Shown here in pieces: positions 59,001-64,000 of a stretch of 64,000 nt of DNA (position 1 is its first letter; every line of letters starts with the position of its first letter). Position numbers and translations under genes: made by a program. The DNA lies in NCBI GenBank assembly GCA_016188475.1, contig JACPHT010000007.1, positions 16,467 through 80,466 on the forward strand, read 5' to 3'. This stretch comes from Candidatus Uhrbacteria bacterium. Its GTDB lineage: Bacteria; Patescibacteriota; Patescibacteriia; UBA9934; GWF2-40-263. The notes under the pieces are model-generated. The model worked only from the letters and a program-made list of their open reading frames with translations. It was not told the origin of the DNA and searched no databases.

Positions 59001-59771
59001 TGTTGAAGCTGAAGGCGATCCGGCAAAACTGACGGAAACATCCTTTGAGCTGACAACCTCACTTGTCGTAACTTTTTGTGCCGCGTCTGTGAGGTAAGCA
59101 AGTTTCGCTGTCACTTCGTCGCCGGCTGAAAGGCCAGAGAGTGTTGCGCCAGATCCGTCAAGCACAAAGCCTGACTTAAAGTTGTTGGCTGTAAAGCCAG
59201 CGCTTGAAACTTTTAATTTCTTACCACCCCAAACGAGGTAGTTGTCTGAACCGATCTTTACAAGTGCCCCTTCATAAGCTGAAGCTGCGCTTGTTAGAGA
59301 ATCGCCGACTGTGTAATCAACGAAGAAAACGTCTGGAACATCATCGATGTTTTGGTTCCAGTCGCTACCTGCGAGACCTTTGGCCACCTCTTCTGATTCA
59401 ATCCATCGGACTGAACCGTTTTTGGCAACCGCGTATGTCTTATTATCACTGGTAATTTTGATCCATCGTGAACCTGGGCGGTAAACAATGTTTCCACCGA
59501 GTGGAATTGCGGCAAGTTCAGAATCAGACAATGTTACAAGACCGCTGAAATCAACGTACCAAGTATTAAATGTCTTTAAGTTTGGGAACGAATAGCGTTG
59601 ACCGTCTGAACCGTAGTAATAAACGGTTGAGAGCGTCGAGCCCTTGATCAGGTCGCCGTAAGCTGCGGCTGAAGCCTGTTGTGGGACGAGCGCGGCAAAA
59701 CCGACAGACCATAGAATGGTCGCGGCAACTACCGCAACGGTAAGCGCTCGTTGTGCAATAGAATTGGTCAT
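56037..59771 (-). CDS. Large secreted S-layer-like surface protein
   Basis: Signal peptide ending ASA-A; 1244 aa rich in S/T/A/G/V, no Cys, repeated beta-sandwich-like segments; strong terminator. Confidence 0.7.
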   Translation of the reverse strand: MTNSIAQRALTVAVVAATILWSVGFAALVPQQASAAAYGDLIKGSTLSTVYYYGSDGQRYSFPNLKTFNTWYVDFSGLVTLSDSELAAIPLGGNIVYRPGSRWIKITSDNKTYAVAKNGSVRWIESEEVAKGLAGSDWNQNIDDVPDVFFVDYTVGDSLTSAASAYEGALVKIGSDNYLVWGGKKLKVSSAGFTANNFKSGFVLDGSGATLSGLSAGDEVTAKLAYLTDAAQKVTTSEVVSSKDVSVSFAGSPSASTLIAGQGIADLAHLKLTNNSASEVKLNKVTLARLGVSSDTTLSNLYLFDGFVRLTDVATISDGKVTFNDASGLFAIAPGASKEVVVRSDIAASTNGQTVGLKLASASDLTFSNGGAASGSFPLVGATHTIASQPSTFGTADFSGSTTPTANTSVDPAEGIKLFERTLSVGTNELSLKAVRVRNIGSIDAVDVNNWQLYVGGVKRGSSVASEDSLGYVTFDLSAAPIELKTGNHQVKVMADVIGGSGRTVQVGLRNSADFVAVDSDYGQPVLSTVGSSTFSAMDAGLQTMASGSLTFTKTTDSPTGNIVETSSGVTLGKWTIKAFGEKMKVENLRFAFTESDGNDVTLRNGAVYLNGVQIGSTTGLEANAGAGTDYTSYSFGSSFIVSPGVPASLEIRSDIFDSDGTDNIEDADTIRAEISDMNNVLNVQRMTSGSYIDAPDGAAVIANTLTVAAAALTVAKNGSYANQTTIDPKTAYKIGSYTVTAGTSEGINLTDFNIDFDQTDTATSDTSEPAAGDMYNLYLKYGPASNMVMTSIKGSISETSNTWSINYELKAGETIYVEAYADIDSAISTGEVIQTAFDANGTSVKSGTSPSTSKQAGQTVTITAGTFTEFNDDHPVAAIVYGNQEVTAAKYRFSASNESYTIEEMTTSVASATASGLVGEVRLYDGSTLKASTVYDESSLTRATWTGLSIPVAANATKILTVKYLLNSVGVGAGTSQTDVANTLYSVKFADSNGVETTETSGSEFSSVNGNSQYVFASIPTLSAVDLTNSTLVNGQAQDMYKFTLTASGGSVALKQFKLTTAWSDGGTGDTLEVESLKIYKNGSDITSSTTIVDELGNVVSDTTGIVDATPSTRVIVTWTTEDTISQGETVTYTVRGTPTGFRTVGADTVGDSVSFYLAQDAATNGTSVYINDETDQGAGQSEIMELFTSAAANTSDGTAAELIWSDISAASHASAANASSTGDWHNGFLVKNLDLAGETWSK

Positions 59772-59962
59772 AATAAATTGAACTGTTTCTCAGATTTGGG
59801 CTCTGAGGGGCCGTTAGGATTTAATTACGCAACGTAGCCTCTCGGCTTCGACCTTTCAACGCGCGCGAATTAATAAGATTACGCTATTCGAACGAGCTTT
59901 TACGCGCGTTCAAACAGTGAGCCAGGGTTCTTTCGCTGTGGAAAGAAACCCGACTCAAGTGT

Positions 59963-60046
59963 GTCATTGCGAGACGATCGAATGATCGTCGAAGCAATCT
60001 CTGTACTTGGATTGCTTCGTCGGCCGTACAGCCTCCTCGCAATGAC
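59963..60046. repeat. Inverted pair of CGTC-type REP-like units
   Basis: GTCATTGCGAG..CGAAGCAATCT / GATTGCTTCG..CTCGCAATGAC. Confidence 0.85.
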
Positions 60047-60061
60047 ACGATAGTCTATTGC

Positions 60062-60946
60062 TCACTCCACTACTACCTCCTTCAACAACTGAAACGCTCG
60101 ACGATACGCGCCTTCTTTCTTCAATAAAATTGCTGTTTCAATTTTCTGTTTTTGTTCAAGCGTCAAATCTTTTGCTTCCAACGTCGCGACTTCTTGTTCA
60201 AATGTTTTTTCAAGTTCGCGCGCGACTGCTTCGTCTTCAGTTGCTTCATGAGCTGTGATAATCACTTCAACAGCTTCGTCTTGTGTGTCTTTTAGAATTT
60301 GTTGAACAACATCTGTTTCCTGTTTAACATCATCCGGTAAATTTACGCTCGAGTCCGCAACTGTTTCTTGATACGCTTTTGTTTTTCGTCCAACTTCTTT
60401 TGCAAGTTCTGTTTGTGATGAAGTCGCGTTTTCTTGTTTCAAATCTGACTGAATGTTTTCCACTTCTTTCTTAAACTGTTGCATTGCAAGTCGAACCGCT
60501 GAAGCATTGTCTTTATATTCTGTTGCTGTAAGAGCCACCATTTCTTCCAAACGTCTTGATGTGAATTCGACTTGCAATTTTGCTTTTTGCGAAGGACTAA
60601 ACGCTGTTGCTAATTGGATTTTTTCAAGAGAAAGTTTCACGTTGTACATTTTTTCGCCAGGAAGCGCGTTAAACGAAGAGCTGTTCGCGCTTGCAAATCC
60701 GCCAAGCAACAGCAAAAACACAGCCATGCTAATTGCAAGCGGTTTTACAATTGTGCGGCTGAACTGAAACACATAAAATTCAAGATAATCACGGAAGCCG
60801 TAATCAACTTTTTCATTTTCGTTGCTTTTTGGAAAATCATTTTCTTCAGCAAAACGATTCCACAATTTCTGTGTATCAAATCCTGCTCCCATTTCTGGTG
60901 CATCTTTTATTGACTCGAGTAATTTTTCAAAATCCCGCTCGTTCAT
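60062..60946 (-). CDS. Putative anti-sigma factor (DUF5667-like)
   Basis: Single TM then ALPGEKMYNVKLSLE..RRLEEM; overlaps the sigma gene end. Confidence 0.7.
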   Translation of the reverse strand: MNERDFEKLLESIKDAPEMGAGFDTQKLWNRFAEENDFPKSNENEKVDYGFRDYLEFYVFQFSRTIVKPLAISMAVFLLLLGGFASANSSSFNALPGEKMYNVKLSLEKIQLATAFSPSQKAKLQVEFTSRRLEEMVALTATEYKDNASAVRLAMQQFKKEVENIQSDLKQENATSSQTELAKEVGRKTKAYQETVADSSVNLPDDVKQETDVVQQILKDTQDEAVEVIITAHEATEDEAVARELEKTFEQEVATLEAKDLTLEQKQKIETAILLKKEGAYRRAFQLLKEVVVE

Positions 60947-61484
60947 ATAGATCTTTGAGTTTTTTGATCGCTCGATGAAGCATTACTGATGTTGCGTTTT
61001 CAGTTTTTCCAAAATATTTCGCGATGTGCTTTACAGAGTATCCTTCCAAATACCGCAGAATTATTATCTCTTGATCGTCTTCATCAAGTTCTTTCATTTT
61101 TTCTCTAACAAATGCCGCGTCCACTTTATCCATTATCTTTTGCGGCGAAAGAACAGATGGGATTTGCTTTTCAGTCCCATCTTCATTTTCAATCGGAACA
61201 ATCTTTACTCTCCCACTTTTTTCATAGTGACTTGCTATAACGTTTCGCGCGACAGTGAAAAGCAGTCCGTTAAAGTGTTTCACCTCTGTTCTTATAATAT
61301 AGTCCCAAACCTGCAGTAATACAGTTGAATACGCATCTTCTGCGTCTTCTTTTGTCGGAAGTCTGAAATGCAGAAATCTCAGAACTCCAGAACCATACAT
61401 TTTGACCAATTTTTCAAAAGCAGCCTTGTCCTGAAAGCCGCGAATCCTTAGTAAAAGAAATTGTTCTAATTTGTCTGGCGACAC
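60927..61484 (-). CDS. ECF-type RNA polymerase sigma factor
   Basis: AFEKLVKMY, DAEDAYS, LLFTVARN; region 4 IILRYLEGYS..IA..HRAIKKLK. Confidence 0.9.
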   Translation of the reverse strand: MSPDKLEQFLLLRIRGFQDKAAFEKLVKMYGSGVLRFLHFRLPTKEDAEDAYSTVLLQVWDYIIRTEVKHFNGLLFTVARNVIASHYEKSGRVKIVPIENEDGTEKQIPSVLSPQKIMDKVDAAFVREKMKELDEDDQEIIILRYLEGYSVKHIAKYFGKTENATSVMLHRAIKKLKDLYERAGF

Positions 61485-61569
61485 AGAGGTATATATAAGT
61501 AGTGGTTCTTACACAATGGCTGGATTCTAGCTTATATTTGCCAAAATTACAAGAGTTTTACTCATTTAC

Positions 61570-61598
61570 TTGACTTTTTCTTGAATTTTGCATACACT
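61570..61598 (+). promoter_or_regulatory. Sigma70 promoter
   Basis: TTGACT-N17-TACACT upstream of the HTH gene. Confidence 0.6.
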
Positions 61599-61701
61599 GG
61601 TGTAAACAAAAAGAGTTGTGCACAGCATGTAATGAATCTTCATACTGCCTTCGACAGGCTCAGGCAATAAACGTATTTAGTAATTCAAAGACTTACTTAA
61701 T

Positions 61702-61995
61702 ATGACAAAAGACGCAATTAGACTATCGGTTTCTGAAGCCGCGCGAATGTTCGGGGTTAGTCCGATCACAATTCGAAGGGCAATCAAGGATCAAGAGATC
61801 ACTTATGTCGTTGTTCAGGGACGCTATAAGATAAATTTCGAGTCTCTTCTTCGTTGGTCACAGCGAACAACAACAGTCCGAAACAAACGCGACGAAAGCG
61901 GTATCGGACAGTTTGTTGAGCAATGGAAAATCCGAAACAAACTCTTTTCCCCTAATCCACGCGGCGTAAAGGAGGAAGACGAAAAATCTTCCTAA
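61702..61995 (+). CDS. Excisionase-like helix-turn-helix protein
   Basis: LSVSEAARMFGVSPITIRRAIKDQEI..GRYKI. Confidence 0.8.
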   Translation: MTKDAIRLSVSEAARMFGVSPITIRRAIKDQEITYVVVQGRYKINFESLLRWSQRTTTVRNKRDESGIGQFVEQWKIRNKLFSPNPRGVKEEDEKSS

Positions 61996-61996
61996 T

Positions 61997-64000
61997 ATGT
62001 TTCGTTCACTCACTTCGGCCGTTCTGATTATTGTAATGATGTTCTCGTTTTTTCCTGGCCGAGTTTTTGCAAAAACAAATACGAACAATTTTGTACGCTC
62101 CGCAATTGTATTTTTGTGGGGCGGTTCTTTGCTTGATAATAATATCGAACGGCTCGCGAAATTTGATTTACTTGTTCTTGGTTCTGAAGCTCAAGTTTAC
62201 AATAGTTCATTCTTTTCAAACATACGAAAACTAAATCCTGACATTATAATACTAGCTTATGTTCCGACTGTAAGTTGGAATGACGCGTATTGGACTGATC
62301 CGCTTCACAAAGCAATGTATCCAAACATTAAATCGGATTGGTGGTTGAAAGACGTGCAAGGAAATCAAAAATCAGTCTGGCCGAATACTCGTGCGCTGAA
62401 TTTGAATTCTGGATGGATTGACTATCTATCAAGCCACGTCAAAAACGATCTGCTCTCAACCGGTAATTGGGATGGAATTTTTTATGATGAAGTTCAAGAT
62501 TCGATAAGTTGGGTTGGAGCGACTGACGTTAATAATGACGGACAAACCGATTCTGTAAGCGAAGCTGACGCGCTTTGGGCTGAAAATTACAAAAAACTTT
62601 TTGAAAACACGCGCGCAAAAGTTGGAAACGACACAATCATAATCACAAACGGAAGTTCAAATCCATTGTTTGCCCCGTATATCAACGGAAGAATGTTTGA
62701 GACTTTCCCTTCATCTCACAACACACTTGCCGAATGGAAAAACATGACAAATCAATATTTCAATTTGGAAAAAATCGTTGGATACGATCCTGATATTTTT
62801 TTCATTAACTCAAACACAGATAACACTGGTGGAGTTGGAACCCAACAAGATTATCAAGCTGTCAGGTTTGGTTTGACAACAACACTTCTAGGAGACGGTT
62901 ATTTTGGATATGACGCTGGTTCAACAAACCATGCTGTTATTTGGGAATATGACGAATACGATGTTGCTTTGGGAGACCCAAAAGAGACGATTAAAAATGT
63001 TGACATTGGCGTTTGGCAAAGAGATTACACGCAAGGAAAAGTCATTGTTAACGCAACAGAAAAAGAATCAACAATCAATTTGGGCGGAGACTTTGAAAAA
63101 TTGCACGGCACACAAGATCCGAAAACAAACGATGGTTCGATTATTTCAAATATCACGATCAAAAGTAAGGACGGAATTATTTTGCTTCGCCCGATTGAAG
63201 AATTGCTAAATACAACATTTTTGAATGGCGCGTTCGCGCGTGTTTTTTCCGCAAATGGAAAACAAAAACGAACCGGATTTTTTGCGTATAACAGTTTGTT
63301 TCGTGGCGGAACACAAGTTGTAACTTATGATCTTGATAACGACGGTAAGCGCGAAACTGTTGTCGCTGATGAAACTTATGTTTCAATTTATCGAGAGGAT
63401 GAAACTTTGCAAGTTAAATTCGCTCCATATACAGAGACATTCAAAAAAGGAATAAACATCGCGGTTGGCGATATTGAGAATGATGGATCAGTCGAGATTG
63501 TAACAGGAACTGAAAACGGCGGCGGACCACATGTGCGAGTTTTCAATAAAGATGGGGTGCTGATCAATCCTGGTTTTTTCGCGTATGCCAAAAATTTCCG
63601 TGGCGGAGTGAACGTGGCGATTGGAGATTTGAATGGCGATGGAATAAAGGAGATCGTAACTGGCGCTGGATATAAAGGCGGGCCCCATGTTCGCGTGTAT
63701 AACAAAGACGGAAAACTCATCAATCCTGGATTTTTCGCATACAATCCATCTTTCCGAGGTGGTGTGAATGTTTCAGTTGCTGATGTTGATGGTGACAAAA
63801 TTGATGACATTATAACTGGCCCAGGAATTGGCGGCGAACCGCTCGCGCGCGTGTTTAACAAAGATGGAAAGTTAAAAAATGAGTTTTATGTGTTTGATAA
63901 AAAAGAACGAAACGGCCTTAAAGTTGTTGCAAACGATGTTGATGGTGATGGACGAGCTGAGGTTTTAGGACTCACAACAAATGTGTTTACGTTGAGTGGG
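61997..64000 (+). CDS. Secreted putative glycoside hydrolase with C-terminal FG-GAP repeats (partial; runs off window end)
   Basis: Not in the ORF track. Frame from ATG 61997 (MFRSLTSAVLIIV..) is consistent to the window end; FDLLVL, LNPDIIILAY, WDGIFYD, then DLNGDGIKEIVTG-type repeats. Confidence 0.8.
   Translation, partial: MFRSLTSAVLIIVMMFSFFPGRVFAKTNTNNFVRSAIVFLWGGSLLDNNIERLAKFDLLVLGSEAQVYNSSFFSNIRKLNPDIIILAYVPTVSWNDAYWTDPLHKAMYPNIKSDWWLKDVQGNQKSVWPNTRALNLNSGWIDYLSSHVKNDLLSTGNWDGIFYDEVQDSISWVGATDVNNDGQTDSVSEADALWAENYKKLFENTRAKVGNDTIIITNGSSNPLFAPYINGRMFETFPSSHNTLAEWKNMTNQYFNLEKIVGYDPDIFFINSNTDNTGGVGTQQDYQAVRFGLTTTLLGDGYFGYDAGSTNHAVIWEYDEYDVALGDPKETIKNVDIGVWQRDYTQGKVIVNATEKESTINLGGDFEKLHGTQDPKTNDGSIISNITIKSKDGIILLRPIEELLNTTFLNGAFARVFSANGKQKRTGFFAYNSLFRGGTQVVTYDLDNDGKRETVVADETYVSIYREDETLQVKFAPYTETFKKGINIAVGDIENDGSVEIVTGTENGGGPHVRVFNKDGVLINPGFFAYAKNFRGGVNVAIGDLNGDGIKEIVTGAGYKGGPHVRVYNKDGKLINPGFFAYNPSFRGGVNVSVADVDGDKIDDIITGPGIGGEPLARVFNKDGKLKNEFYVFDKKERNGLKVVANDVDGDGRAEVLGLTTNVFTLSG

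Noticed and set aside
61702-61995. Prophage or ICE excisionase
   Set aside because: No integrase, att site or phage genes nearby.

Overview
64 kb of a bacterial chromosome, mostly minus-strand coded. Gene content suggests a Patescibacteria/CPR (Parcubacteria-like) genome; this is inferred, not tested. Housekeeping genes include recJ, lepA, a dus gene, dnaX, tRNA-Gln(CTG), rpmB, hflX, HU and an intein-containing class II ribonucleotide reductase with NrdR and DnaA boxes. A ~30 kb cell-surface region follows, with NDP-sugar synthesis, glycosyltransferases, two S8 proteases, a beta-propeller protein, a 1244-aa S-layer-like protein and an ECF sigma. No rRNA, CRISPR array, transposase or reverse transcriptase was seen. 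The most notable unannotated signals are: (1) five dispersed copies of a ~75-nt hairpin with conserved loops, compensatory base changes and strand-consistent G-T wobbles; (2) a PaaX/Cas2-like gene bracketed by matching palindromes, with related gene-less palindromes beside the tRNA; (3) a ~125-aa domain at the N-terminus of the S-layer-like protein that recurs, nearly identical in DNA, at the C-termini of two secreted proteins; (4) a missed 47-aa C2H2 zinc-finger ORF with its own promoter, RBS and terminator; (5) many REP-like and 7-10-bp micro-repeats, some inserted in frame in core genes. All product calls come from motif recognition by eye; no searches were run.
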